A stretch of DNA of 64,000 nucleotides. Origin: the human T2T-CHM13v2.0 reference genome, Homo sapiens. Below are positions 13,001 to 30,759 of the stretch, in pieces. The position numbers were made by a program, and so were the translations under genes. Each line of letters begins with the position of its first letter. The stretch's first letter is position 1. The notes under the pieces are model-generated. The model saw only the letters and a program-made list of their open reading frames with translations. It made no database searches and was not told where the DNA came from. The stretch is from the NCBI RefSeq assembly GCF_009914755.1, contig NC_060926.1. The stretch is one strand, 5' to 3'.

Positions 13001-16000
13001 TGTATTTTTTGTTATTTAATTTCATTTAGTTATGTTCTGATCTTTGTTATTTCTCTACTTCTGGGTTTGGGTTTGGTTTGTTCTTGTTTCTCTGGTTCCT
13101 TGAAATGTGACCTTAGATTGCCTATTTGTGTTCTTTCAGACTTTTTGATGTAGGCATTTAAGGCTATGAACTTTTCTCTTTGCACTGACTTTGCTGTATT
13201 TCAGAGGTTTTTATTGGTTGTGTCACTATTATTGTTCAGTTCAAATACATTTTTAATTTCCATTTTGATTTCATTATTAATCCATTGATCATACAGGAAC
13301 AGGTTATTTAATTTTCATGTATTTGCAGGTTTGTAAGGGTTCCTTTTGGAATTGATTTCCAATGTTATTCCACTGTGGTCTGAGAGTACTTGATATAATT
13401 TTGATTATCTTAAATTTATCAAGAATTGTTTTGTGGCCTATTATATGGTCTATATTGGAGAATATTCCATGTAATGATAAATAGAAGGTACATTCTGCTT
13501 GTTGGGTAGAATGTTCTGTAAATATCTGTTAAGTCCATTTTGATACAGGAGTTAAGAAGAATTAGGCAGATAGAGTATGAAAGTCCTCAATAAGGTTTTC
13601 CTTTTAATGAAAATCAGCCCCAAATCATTTTCCTTTCTAACAAAGAACAGCCTGTTAAATCAAGCTGCAGACATAGATGCTGGCAGTTGTGCCAATCAAG
13701 TTTAAAATGGCAGCCCCATCTTCCCTTCTATTTATCAGCCATGTATACAGTAAGGAGCAGACAAGATGGCCTTGGTCAACTGGATAATTCATTGGCATAA
13801 TAAGATAGGGGTGGAGTGGACATCCTTTCCCACATGCTATGCAAATGTCATACCTATTTGAACCAATTTGTGAGCCGTATGTAAATCAGACACTGCCTTC
13901 TCAAACGTGACTATAAAATCCAGCACGTCCACTGCCCACAGGTCTTTTCCTCTGGCAAGTCCCCTCTCTCTCAATAGAAAGAGAACTGTTTTTCTTTCTC
14001 TTTGTTCTGCCTTTTAAACCTCTGCTACCTAAACTCCTCATGTGTGTCCATGTCCTGCATTTTCCTGGCATGAGATGACAAACCCCAGGTTTATACCCCA
14101 GACAATGTAGCTGCTTCAATTTGTTGTAGGTTACAGTTTAAGCCCATTGTTTTCTTGTCGACTTTGTCTTGATGACCTGTCTACTGCTGTCTGTGGAGTA
14201 TGGAAGTCCCCCCATTATTACTGTCTTGCCACCTATCTCATTTCTTAGGTCTAGTAGTAATTGCTTTATAAATTTGGGAGCTCCAGTGATAGATGCATAT
14301 ACATTTAGGATTGTGATATTTTCCTTTTGTACTCATCCTTTTATCATTATATAATGTCCTACTTTGTATTTAACTGTTTTTGCTTTAAGGTCTGTTTTGT
14401 CCAATGTAAGAATAGCTACTCCTGCTTGATTTGGTGTCCATTTGCACAGAATATCTTTTTCCACCCCTTTACCCTAAGTTCATGTGAGTCGTAATTTGTT
14501 AGGTGAGTCTCTCGAAGACAGCAGATACTTGGTTAGTGAGTTCTTATCCATTCTGTCATTCTATATGTTTTAAGTGGAGCATTTAGGTTATTTACATTTA
14601 GCATTAGTATTAAGGTGTGAGGTACTATTCTATTAATCATGCTAGGTGTTGCCTGAATACCTTGGATTTTTTTTAGTTGTGTTATTATTTTATAGATCCT
14701 GTGAGATTTATGCTGTAAACAGGTTCTATTTTGGTGTATTTTGAGGTTGTTTCAAGACTTAGAGCTCTGTTTAACAGTTTTCATAGTGCTGACTTTGTAG
14801 TGGCTCATTCTCACAACATTTGTTTGTCTGAGAAAGACTGTATCTTTCCTTCATTTATGAAACTTGGTTCACTGAATACAAAATTCTTGACTGATAATTG
14901 TTTTGCTTAAGGAGGCTAAAAATAGGACTCCAATTCATTCTAGCTTGTTAGGTTTCTGTTGAGAAATCTGCTGTTAATCTAATAGGTTTTCCTTTATAGA
15001 TTACCTGATGCTTTTGCCTCACAGTTCTTTTCTTTCCTTTGTTTTGAATTTAGATAACCTGATGACTATGTGCCCAGGTAATAACCTTTTTGCAATGAAT
15101 TTCCTGGGTGTTCTTTGAGCTTCTTGTATTTGGATGTCCAGATCTCTAGCAAGGCTAACGAAGTTTTCCTCAATTATTACCTCAAACATGTTTTCCAAAC
15201 TTTTAGATTTCTCTTATTCCTCGAGAACAATTATTCTTAGGTTTGGTCATTTAACATAATCCCAAACTTCTTGGAGGCTTTGTTTATATTGCTTGAATTT
15301 TTTTTCTTTGTCATTGTTTGATTGAGTTAATTCAAGAGTCTTTTCTTTGGGCTCTGATTTTTTTGTTTGTTTGTTTGCTTGTTTGTTTGTTTGTTTTACT
15401 TATGCAGTTCTATTGTTTAGACTCTCCAGTGTATTTTGCATTTCTCTAAGTGTGCTCTTTATTTCCAGAAGTTGTGATTGTTTTTTATTTATGCTATGTA
15501 TTTCTTGGGAGATTTTACTGTCCATATCCTGTAACTTTTTTACATCTCTTTAAATGGTATTCACCTTTCTCTGTTGCCTCCCTGAGTAGCTTAATAATGG
15601 AACTTTTGAATTCTTTTTCTGGCAATTCAGAAATTACTTCTTGATTTGGATCCATGGCTGGTGAGTTAGTGTGATGTTTTGCAGTGTTACAAAACTTGTT
15701 TTGTCATATTACCAGAAATGTTTTTCTGGTTCCTTCTCATTTGTGTGGACTATGTCAGAGGAAGGTTCTCAGGCTCAGGGGCTGCTGTTCAGATTCTTTT
15801 GTCTCATGTGATTTTCCCTTGATGTGGTGCACTCCCCTTTCCCCTAGGGATGGGGCTTCCTGGGAGCTGGACTGCAGTGATTGTTATTTCTCTTTTGTGC
15901 ATAACCACCCAGTGGAGTTACTGGGCTCCAGGCTGGTACTGAAGAGTGTCTGCAAGAGTCCTGTGATGTAATCCATCTTCAGATCTCTCAGCCATGGATA

Positions 16001-17277
16001 CCAGCTTCTGCTCTGCTGGTGGTAGCAGGGAGGTGAGGTGAACTCTGTGTTGGACCTCAATTGTAGTTTTGTTTACTGCACAGGTATTCTCGAATGGTGG
16101 TTGTGCTGTTGGCATTAAGTTACAATGTGGACAAACTCAGGTTAGCCAGGATGTTACAAGTGGTGGAGTTAGCTGTTGTTTTCTCCTTTCTTGTGGCTGG
16201 GTTGTTCTTTTATGAGTTGTGTTACTAGAGGAGGTGTATCTTTCAAGAGAGCATCAGCTGTGTTAGTACAGGGAGGATACAAGCTTGCCCTAATAAATTT
16301 CCTAAATAAATTTCCCAGGCAGTGGGCTGGGTCATAGAGCTCCCAAGAGATTGTGTCCTTTGTCTTGGACTACTAGGATGGGTAGAGAAAGACCATCAGT
16401 TGGGGGAGGAGTTAGGCGTGTCTGAGCTCAGACTCCTTGGGTAGGCCTTGCTGCAGCCACTGTGGGGAATGGAGGTGTGGTTCTCAGGCCGATAAAGTTA
16501 TGTTCCCTGGGGGATTATGGCTACCTCTGCTGTGTCACACAGATTACCAGGGAAATGAGGGAAAGCCAGCAGAGACAGGCCTCACCAAGCTCCCAGGCAG
16601 CCAGAAAAGCCAGTCTCAGTTCTGTTTCTCTGTGCTCCCCCAGCAGCAACAAGTTTATATCCAGGCAGCCAGTGAGCAGAGCTGGGAACTTGCTCCAGGC
16701 TCCAGGCCTCCCTGCTGAGAAAACAATCAGGGCTTTCAGACTTTGCCCCTCCTCACCACAGTTTCTGTCCTTCTATCTGCACTTCCTGTTCACCTCCCAC
16801 CCCAAGATTCTACCCTGGAAAATGCGTGCTTAGTTGAAATTATTACGAAGTTCAGCTAGAAGTTTCCTTCAGTCAGAAATTGTTTCCCTGGGCTTCCTTG
16901 GAACTGGGAGTGCCTCAAGGCTCTTCTTGCTGCTGCTTCTTCTTTTATATTTTGCTTGGCTCTCTAAATTTGTTTCAGCTCTAGGTAAGGTTAAATCCTT
17001 CTCCCATGATCTGGATTTTCAGGCTCCCCTGCGAAGATGTGTGTTTGGGGCAGACTTTCCCCCTCTCACACTTTGGACACTCAACGATTTTGTGGCTGTC
17101 TCTAGGAGTTTGCAGTGGTAAGCCATGTTTTTCAACGGGTCTGTGAATTCTTTCAGTATTCCTGGTATGTTCCTGTGGTAGTTCTTGGAGCAACAATTCA
17201 CAATATGAATCTCCACATGCTGTGTCCATTGAAGTGGGAGCTGCAAGTTAGTCCTGCCTCCTATCTGCCATTTTATC
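10072..17277 (-). mobile_element. Near full-length L1PB1-like LINE-1, ORFs disrupted
   Basis: Poly-T ~10076-10096; L1PB-type 3' UTR; ORF2 peptides 11322-11666 and 12128-12379 (QGWFNICKS); ORF1 and 5' UTR ending GTCCTGCCTCCTATCTGCCATTTT at ~17274. Confidence 0.9.
13541..14118 (+). mobile_element. ERV1 MER4-group solo LTR (MER50/MER51-like) inserted in the L1
   Basis: TGATACAGGAG..GCTGCTTCA termini; 4-bp TSD ATTT; L1 sequence rejoins across it (AAGTCCATTT|GTTGTAGG). Confidence 0.85.
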
Positions 17278-17793
17278 AGGCCACTTAGATAGTCTTTCAT
17301 TCAAGCTGGAGCAGAGTGGCATGAAGAACTTCTAAAAAAGATTCATAGGAGTCTTGGGTTTATAACAAGATCTGTCTGAGAAGCTGATATATCTGTTAAC
17401 TTCTGTGCTCTACTCATGAGCACAGGAGGCTTGAGCTTACCACTAGACTACTGAAAACGACGCATAGAAGTCAGTCTTTTTCTAGATCTTACATGCTCTC
17501 TTCAGTATGGTCCAGGTAGTATTATCTAAGAAAAGAAAAACATTGGCATTTTAGCAGTTCTCTGAGCAAATTCACCTCAAATTGCAGCCTTGACTACAAC
17601 TGTCTTTGCAACTCTTGCTCCTTCTTGCACAATGCCCTTTTCTAAATTTCTACAGCTCCTTCCACCAGAAAATCTATGTCTTACAGTGCCTTTGCCTCTA
17701 CCTATTTCAAGAAAATAAAATTAGAAACAACATACATTTAATTTAGATTTAATCTCTAGCTTCCCTCTAGCCACTCCTCTCACAGTGCCCTTT

Positions 17794-18459
17794 CCTGGAC
17801 ACCAACTAGAACTGCAGTAATGGAGGTCACCGCTCCCCCCGGAAACTTGGTTGTCTTAGGCAGACTCCAAGCTGCTGTGCTGGTCAGTGGGGATTACAAG
17901 CTAGTGATTCTTATCTTGTGGGGTTCGGTGGAAGTGAGACCTGCTGAGCAAGACCTCTTGGCTCTCTGGCTTCAGCCCCTCTCACACAGGAATGGATGGT
18001 TCTCCTGCCTCACTGGAGTTCTGGGAGCTTCTGGAGTATGCAAAAACTCCTGCAGCTCTGTGTCTGCCTGAAGGGTTGCCAAGCCTGGCAGTTGTCGTGG
18101 GTCTGCACAGCTTTGTGCTTGAGACCTGAGACCCTGGTGTTGTGGGAACACGAGGGAATCTCCTGATCCACAAATTGCAAAAATCCGTGGAAAAACCATA
18201 GTTCTCTGGACAGGTAGCACAATCCCTCACTTCCACCCTTGGCTGGGGAAGGGAAGTCCCTTTGCTCTGTGCAGCTCCTGGATGAACTACTGCCCCACCC
18301 TGCTTTTCCTTGCCCTCTACGTTTCACCAACTGCCTAGTCAGTCCCAATGGGAGAATCTGAGTACCTCAGTAGAAAATGCAGAATTCACTGGCTGTTTTT
18401 ATGTATCTCAGTGAGAGCTGCAGACTAGAGCTATTTTTACTTGGCCATCTTGGCCCCTC
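17794..18459 (-). mobile_element. Isolated L1 5' UTR fragment (older L1PA/L1PREC2-like)
   Basis: Reverse complement starts GAGGGGCCAAGATGGCCAAG (L1 YY1-site start); GC-rich L1 5' UTR motifs. Confidence 0.8.
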
Positions 18460-18486
18460 ACTCATCTCTGATTTTAATTTTTTTTT

Positions 18487-22443
<3,957 letters not shown>

Positions 22444-22699
22444 TAACAATTTAAGAAATCAAAACTATTATTAAAAATATTCTTGCAAGAAAACTGTAGT
22501 CCTAGATACCTTATCTGTGGAATTCTTTCAAACATGTAAGGAAAATGTATGTTTACCTATAAACAAACATATAATAAAAGGTGGTGTAGTTTAGGAAACG
22601 AGAGGAGAGAAAATAAAATTCTTAACAAAATTGATTATTTAAATAAAAACAGAAAATAAGAATCAGAGGAAAAGCAGAAGGGGAAAATGGGAAAGGAGA

Positions 22700-24420
22700 G
22701 TGTAGCCTCCAACCCAAACATGTAAATGGATTAAGAACTTCAATTAAAAGGTGAAGATTATTACACTGGAAATAAAAGATCTTAATCACATATATTTACT
22801 TAAAATGCACTCTAAATTTAAATACACTAATAATTTAGAGGAAGCATGTCTTAGTCCATTTGTGATGACATAACAAAATACCTGAGACAGAGTACTTTAT
22901 AAATAATTGACATTTATTTCTCACAGTCTTGAAGGGTGGAAATTCCAATATCAAGGTTTCGAATCGGGACTGCTGTCTCTGCTTCAAGAAGGGTGCCTTA
23001 AATGTTTTGTCCTCACATCATGAAAGAGACAGAATGTGCAAAAAAGGGGACCTAGTCACTTTGCTCCAGTCCTTTTACATTGTTGCTAATCCCATTCATC
23101 ACCTCTTACAGGCCCCACTTAATACGATCACAATGGTGATTAAAGTTCAACATATGAATTTTAGAGGACTTATTCAGTTCATAACAAAACATATGGCAAA
23201 ATATATTCCATGAAAAGAGCAAGCACAAAAAGGTAATATACTTGTTAAGTAGACATCAAAACAAAAAGTATTATACTAGTTTAAAGGAATCATTTCTTAA
23301 TGATACTATATTAGAAAAGTAATGAGAATGACAAAAAAATCTAAATATCTATGCCTTTAAAGGAATGCATAGTTTCAAAATAAATGGAATGTAAACTTAC
23401 TGAACTAAATAAATAGGCCACTAAAAAATCATATACTGAGATTTTAATAACCATCTATTAGCAACAGAAAAAGTAGGCAAAATTAGTAAATACATAGGAG
23501 GTCTGAACAATACCATCAATCAACAAGACCCAGTTGACATCATTAAGTCTCATTCTCACAATTGCAAAATATGCATTCTTTTCACGTGTATGTAGAATAG
23601 ACCATATGCTAAGCATACAACAAATCTCAATAAACTTTAAAAGCTTGTACTTTAAGAGTTTTCTCTAACTATATTAGCCTTAAATTAGAAATCAATAACA
23701 ATAAAGTATCCAGAAATGTGCCAAATATTAATTATGTAACACACTTCTAAATATCCCATGGGTCGATAAGAAATCACAAAAAATAAATAGTGTTTTAAAC
23801 AAAAAGGTTGGTGGCATACAGTCAAAGCAGTGCCTAGAGAGAAGCTTATAGCTTTAATTGCCTCTGTAAGAACATAAAAAATGCTTAAAATCAGTTTTCT
23901 AAGTTTTTACCTAGGAAACCTAGAAAAGCAGAGCAAATTAAACCCAAAGTAAGCAGAAAGCAAGGAATAGTAATTATACAATCAAAGAAATAGCGAACAA
24001 ACAAGAAACAAACCTTGACAAACTGCCCTGGGGTCTTTTAAAAGATTAAAAATCAATAATCTCCTGGCAAGATTAATTAATAAATAAGCAGAAAAAACAC
24101 AAATTACAAATATCAGAAATAATATTACTAGAAATGTCACAGATATTAATAAATGATAGTAAGGACATATTATAGAAAAATGAAATGTGCTCTAGAAGTT
24201 TGATAACTTCAATGAAATGGACATATTCCTTGAAAAACACAACTTATCAAAACTCAGGAAGAAAGAAAATATCAGAATAGCTCATATCTAGTAAATAAAT
24301 TGAATTCGCATTAAAAAAATTTTACACACACACACATAGACTCCAGGCTTCATGATTTCTTTTTTGAACTGTATAAAGTATTTAAGAGAGAAATAATATT
24401 GGCCTTGCAGAAATAAATGT
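22700..24420 (+). mobile_element. Old L1M ORF2 (endonuclease region) remnant
   Basis: ATGTAAATGGATTAA..CAATTAAAAG (ORF2 start), AATAGACCATATGCTAAG, AAACCCAAAGTAAGCAGAAAG motifs; A-rich strand bias. Confidence 0.75.
22847..23186 (-). mobile_element. MLT1A/MST-type MaLR solo LTR
   Basis: TGTCTTAGTCCATTTG..ATAACAAAATACCTGAGAC..ATTTATTTCTCACAGT..ATTCAGTTCATAACA; flanks AAGCA/AAACA. Confidence 0.8.
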
Positions 24421-25365
24421 CCTGCCTTTTGCCAGAGCTGGAGAGAACTGATTGCATAGAACTGGTGAAAGGATATGGGTTCCTAATTGCTTATTCAGAT
24501 TTCAGTTTTTCCTACTTTCATCACCTGTGATCACCTCTGCTGCTTTTGAGATATTTAACAACCAGGATTCGAGCTCTTAGTGAGAACTTACGTTTCATGT
24601 CCCCCAACCTCAAAGGCACTTAAGTTTCTGTGTTGTACTCTGTTCTAGTACATACGACAATTTAGTTAAGTATAGAAGTCTTACAAAAGTTAAGACAGCT
24701 TTATTTAAGAAAATTATTCATCTCACATTCTTTCTGTTCTGTCAGTCATCATAATACCTTCATCTCTTTTTTTATAATTTGCATTTTTCTTGACAGTGTT
24801 AAATGTGATGTTTATTTTCTCCAGAGTCTATGACTGCAAATATTTTCATTTTTGCATCTGTATTAATTCTATTTTAGTCTGTTATTTTTGTAAAGTTTTA
24901 GATTTCTTTAATGTATTATGTATCTTAAATATTGTTTTTCTTATATATTTACAAATTGCTATAATAATATATCAGGATCTTGGAGTGACTAATCTCCTAT
25001 TTTATGAGATCTGCTGATACATATTTATGTAAGATTGTTTCTTAGTGTACTGTGTAACTATTATTTTATCTGAGTTCTTCATCACTGAAGCTCTTCTTGT
25101 GAGAATCCAATAACATTGTGAGCAGGTTGTAGGTGTGTCTCTGGAAAGGGTCTCACTTTTGCATCTACCAAGCATTACAAGCTTGTCATAGGTGCAAAAC
25201 TTTTTTGTAACATTAATCACTTGGCACATGGATGTTTACCAGCCCTTTGTGTAGTGAATAGCAGTGAAAATTATAGTTAGGAACCTGTATTTTTGTATTT
25301 CTCTACTTTGTAAAAGTTATATTCTGCTAAATGTTTACTGATACATAAATTGCAACACATATACA

Positions 25366-25423
25366 TTAGGTGGGTGCAAAAATAATTGCTGGTTTTGCCA
25401 TTAATTTAATGGCACCAACCTAA
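25366..25423. mobile_element. MADE1 (Hsmar1-derived MITE), internally deleted
   Basis: TTAGGTGGGTGCAAAAATAATTGC..GCACCAACCTAA terminal inverted repeats. Confidence 0.85.
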
Positions 25424-27881
25424 TGATATCATCGCTATTATTGACATCAGTAGTTATTCAGATACTTGTAAGTTGTCATTACTCTTAGTAGAAGATCCAG
25501 TTGAAGACATAGTCTCTGTCCTAAATAGAACACATATACACTTAACCATATTCACCCACATTCACACACACACGCACACGTAAGGTATAGGTGCCATAAT
25601 TTCTTAATACCTAAGAAATTATTTCAAATTGAGGATATACCTGAATCACTGAAAAAATAATCAAAATTTAATTATTTGTGGCAATTTTTCTTTTACAAAG
25701 TTAGTCTAAAAACTGAATTAAATGACCTATACCCTGCTGAAACTTAGCTATTAGAGACAATGTGTAAACTCTGAGGTTAATATGTCTGCTGTCTACCATT
25801 AGACTGTGTTGTTTAATTACTTTTTGAATGAAGATGGATTTGTCTTTCACCTACCTAGAGCCCCTATTACCCATTTCATGCATTTTTACATGTTGTTTGT
25901 GGAGACAGAATTAAAACTATGTCTTAGTTACCTGGCACATATAAAAATAGAAAGTAAATTTATCTTCAAAATAACTTTTTGTTTACTTTTTGAAGCCATG
26001 AAGTCTGAGCACAGACACAAGTGACACACATTGTTAACAAGTAATGACAAAGTTACTAATTTTCAAAATTGTTCAGAATAAAACATATGCGGATTAAAGA
26101 GTCTTTATTTTCTTACAATCTAATGTGCTTCTTAATCCCTAACACTACCCAATTCTACCCCCTTTCTCAGGATATCACCCAAACTCTTGACTGCAAATGC
26201 AAAGCAATGACTGAATGCCTCCTCAGTTCCAGCCTCGCTGGGGCAGGAGCCCAGGGTCTTGCTCAAGACTCTTCTTTCTAAGACCTCTTAATGCCCTTCA
26301 TTGAGAAATTAGGATTATGAGGCCATGTGTATATGTATAGAATTATACTAACTTTTACTGAGTTTAAAACTTTTTATAAGCTCAGGAAATATTGTTAGGA
26401 TTGGAGGAAGGTGAACTAGAAATCATTAAGACTAGCCATGAATCAGGAATAACAAGTAGTAAGGCAAGAGGACAGAAAGTGAAAAATGTAATTTGGTAAT
26501 AAATGATGATGAAGCTTGAGAATCCTGAAACTCATTGTTGGAGGAAAAGAAAATACAATGAAGCTGACTCCTCAACTAGTCAAGCTTCCTAATGGAAACA
26601 GCTTATTTGAGGCGTCACAAAATTGGTAACCATAAAATTAGTCCTGTCCATCAAAATTAATCAGTTTTATGGAGATATGTACTAATGACTCAATGTTTCT
26701 ACTCACTGGAGGAGAGACTGGCAAGAATCTGAAATAATGTTCTAAATAATTCTCAAACTGCTGAATTATTTTTCCAATAAGTTCAGTAATTATTGCACAT
26801 ACTTCATATTTTACCTTCACTTAAACCGGTTCTACTCCAAGTATGACATGGGGGAAGATACTACAGAACATTAGTCATTAATGTGCTATGATTTATGGCA
26901 CGTGGTGTTTAATATCCCTATCATTACTAATAACATTCTTTTATTTCATTTTTATATTCCCATGGAATATAAATGGAATCCTAATGGAATTGGTTCACAC
27001 AGCTATTTCCAAATTCAGAAATATATTTTCTCAAATATTAACTCTCTTTAGTTCTATACATTTTATATCTTCAATGTAAAAAATAACTGAAAGAAAATAT
27101 TTTTATAGAACTGTGTTTAGCTTAATATTTTTGAAATAACTCTGTTATATACATACCACATTCCCACTTACAAATATTATAAATCCAAATATTAATTTCT
27201 GTATGGGTAAAATAGTTCTAGAATGTTACCATATATAAAACTAAATAAGGTTTCTGGATTACAAATGTATACAGAAAAATGCATACAGGAAATTTTGAGA
27301 AAGTTGATTTTAACATACACTCTTATTGGCAATGAATTAAGGATTGTATATGTTCTCAGACACTAAGCAGCTTCTAGTAGAAGGATGGGGCTTTGGCACT
27401 GAGAGAGGGAGACCTCATTTGCAGTCCATCTACTATGGTGACTCCTGAGATACACAGTATTTCTTTCAGTTTCTGATTATCAGTTCACAGATTCCACTCC
27501 TGAACCCTTCCTCCTTCTCAATGTGAAGGCTTCCTTAGGTCTGAAATTCTTCCAACATTTGCTTGTGCTCTTTGCCTCAAGGCATCATCCAGTTCCCCTG
27601 TGCAACTATGTATTTGTCCCAAGAATAACAGTGATTGACAGAACACCAAAATTTCTGTGCAAGAAAAAATAGTAAAATTTCTTTTAGTGCAATTAAAGGA
27701 TGCCAAAACCCACAACTCAGCTTAAGATAGCGGAGTACATAGTAGTATACTCCCATGGGTGTACATGCCTCCTGAAGACAGCTTCTGATGGAAGTGAGAG
27801 TGCCATTGATAGTACTGTCTAGATGTCTCTTCATCCCTAGCCTCGACTGGCTCTTTTGGTGCCTCTGGTTTTCTCACCAGG

Positions 27882-28383
27882 TGTGACGGTTAAGTGTCAA
27901 CTTGATAGGATTGAGGGATGCAAAGTCTTGTTATTGGGCATGTCTTAAGGGTGCTAGAGGAGATTAACATCTGAGTCAGCGGACTGGGAGAGGCAGACTC
28001 ACCCTTAACCTGGGTGGGCACCATCCCCTCTGCTGCCAGCACAGCTAGAAAAAGCAGGCAGAGGAGGTGGAATGAGCAGACTTGCTGAGTCTTCCAGCCT
28101 TCATCTTTCTCTTGTGCTGGATGCTTCCTGCCCTCAAATATCAGACTTCAAGTTCTTTGGTTTTTGGACCCTTAGACTTACAGTAGTAGTTTCCCAGGGG
28201 CTCTAGGGCCTTCGGCTACAGACTGAAAGCTGCACTATCAACTTCTTTGCTTTTAAGGTTTGGGGACTGGAACAGATCCACTACTGGCCTCCTTGCTCCT
28301 CAACTTGTAGACAGCCTGCCTATCGTGGGACTTCACCTTGTGATCCTGTGAGTCAATTCTCCTTAATCAACTCCCTGTCATTC

Positions 28384-28422
<39 letters not shown>

Positions 28423-28447
28423 TACATATACATATATATATATACGT

Positions 28448-28508
<61 letters not shown>

Positions 28509-28556
28509 GTATATATCCTATTAGTTCTGTCCCTCTAGAGAACCCCGACTAGTACA
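27882..28556 (+). promoter_or_regulatory. HERV-L 5' LTR with expanded (TA)n/(CA)n tract at ~28384-28516
   Basis: TGTGACGGTTAA..CCTATTAGTTCTGTCCCTCTAGAGAACCCCGACTAGTACA. Confidence 0.9.
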
Positions 28557-28561
28557 GATTT

Positions 28562-28579
28562 TGGTACCAGGAGTAGTTC
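28562..28579 (+). promoter_or_regulatory. Primer binding site, tRNA-Leu type
   Basis: TGGTACCAGGAGT immediately after the LTR is complementary to the 3' end of tRNA-Leu(TAA) as I recall it. Confidence 0.8.
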
Positions 28580-28678
28580 TAGAGGAATAGAATTTTCATT
28601 AGTTATATTTGGGGTTTCTAGATTTGGCTACTTAATCTGATTAGACCCCAATATGCTAAGGACTCTACTTCTAATAGT

Positions 28679-30330
28679 ATGGGAAACACTGATAGTCCTT
28701 GGCATGAACTGTTTAGAAAGTTATGCAAAATAGATGAATTTGATACTCCTGACTCACCACTCTTGAGAGGCAAAAAGTATAGTGACTCTATACATAATAC
28801 CTTTGACCATATGTTGAGGACCAAAGAATGTAATGAAGTTGGTTGGTTGCTCCTATGTTTACTGGACAAAGTGATGAAAGAAAATCATGAGCCTAAGGAT
28901 TCTAACTCCTGGTTCCAGAAGTGCACATGGAACCTCAAATTTTCTAAAATTGTCCTGAGTGAGAGTCTTATCTCTTTAGACAAAGGGCTGAAATTGTGGC
29001 AAGTCAGACACAAGCTCTTATCATGCAAGTGGCTGACCTGCAATGAAAGGTGCATGCTCAGACTCACCAGGTGTCTACTGTTAAAGTGAGGGCATTGACT
29101 GAAAAAGAATGCGACCCTGAAACTTGGAATGGGGATGTGTGGGAGGACCCTGATGAAGCTAGGGACACTGAGCTTGTATACTCTGATGAGCCTTTTTTTG
29201 CCAGAAGAAACAGCCTCCCCACCACCAATGGCTGCAACATCCTCTTCCCCACCCACATTGCCATCAGCCTTTCCACTTTTGTCTGAGTATATTAACCATG
29301 CACTGTCTGAGGCAACAGTGATGGCCTCCCCTGAGGCAGTTGCCAGGCAGGAAAATACTGATTACCCTCAGGACCCACCCCCAAAACCCCTGTTTGCTTC
29401 TAGACCTATAAGTAGACTCAAGTCCTGGCAGACCCCTAGAAGTGAGGCTTAGAGTGTGACCCACAAGCAGGTGTGCTACATTCCAAAATAACTACTTGAG
29501 TTTTCTAATTTATATAAGCTGAAATCTGGAGAACAGGCTTGGGAATGGATATTAAGGGTGTGGGATAATGGTGCAAGGAATGTAAAGTTGGGTCAGGCTA
29601 AATTTATTGATATGGGCCCACTAAGCAGGGATTCTGCATTTAATGTTGCAGCTCAGGGAGTTAAAAAGGTTCTAATAGTTTCTTTGCTTTGTTAGCTGAA
29701 ACGTGGATCAAAAGATTTCCCAACTGTGAGTGAACTGGAAATGCCTGATTTCCCATGGTTTAATGTAGAGGAAAGGATCCAAAGGCTTAGGGAGACTGGA
29801 ATGCTAGAGTAGATTAGTCACTTTAGATCTACTTATCCCAACTGGGAGTGTCAAGAAGACATAACCTTCACCAAAACCTTGTGAAACAGATGTGTGAGAG
29901 GAACACCTGCATCCTTGAAGAGCTTTGTGATTGCTCTTTTCTGTATGCCAGATGTTTCCATGGGAACCACAGTCACTCAATTGGAAAACTTAAATGCAAC
30001 GGGAATAATTGGATCCTGAGGTGGCCAAGGGGAGGCACTGAACCATCCAAAGCAGGATGGGCATAGTTACCATAATGGACAGCAGAGGCGAACCAGCAAT
30101 CAGAATAGTCTGACTCATGTAGAGCTCTGGCATTGGCTAATTAATCATGGTGTTTCTACAAGTGAAATTGATAGAAAGCCTACTGCATTCTTACTTAATT
30201 TGTATAAGCAGAAAACTTCCAGGCTGAGTGGATAAAAGGCTAATTTTAATTATAAAAATAGAGAATTACATCCCCTCAATCAATTTCCAGACTTAAGTCA
30301 GTTTATAGACCCAGAAGCCCTTGAATGAAG
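28679..30330 (+). pseudogene. gag: HERV-L gag, frameshifted with stops
   Basis: Fragments MGNTDSPWHELFRKLCKI, ECDPETWNGDVWEDPDE and a Pro-rich segment in three frames. Confidence 0.85.
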
Positions 30331-30371
30331 GGGAGGCTGGGTCCCCTTGAGGAAGGACCTCACTACTGACA

Positions 30372-30665
30372 ATGTACACTATTAATCTTTCTTCCATCCT
30401 TCCCCAAGGAGACCTCCAGCCTTTTATCGGGGAAACTGTGAATTGGGGAAAGGGAAATCATCAGACCTTTCAAGGATTACTGGACACTGGCTCTGAGCTG
30501 ACATTAATTCCTGGGGACCCAAAAGGTAACTGCAGTCCTCCAGTTAAAGTAGGGGTTTATGGAGGTCAGGTAATTAATGGAGTTTTAGCTCAGGCCCAAC
30601 TTGCAGTGGGTCCAGTGGGTCCCTGGACTCATCCTGTGGTCATTTCCCCAGGGCCAGATGCATAA
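30372..30665 (+). pseudogene. pro: HERV-L aspartic protease fragment
   Basis: LLDTGSELTLIPGDP active-site motif; GVYGGQVING flap. Confidence 0.9.
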
Positions 30666-30759
30666 TTAGCATCACCACATTGGCTCCCTGACTGGTAAGG
30701 TGAGGGCTGTTACGGTGGGAAATGCCAAATGGAAGCCATTAGAGCTGCCTCTACCTAGA

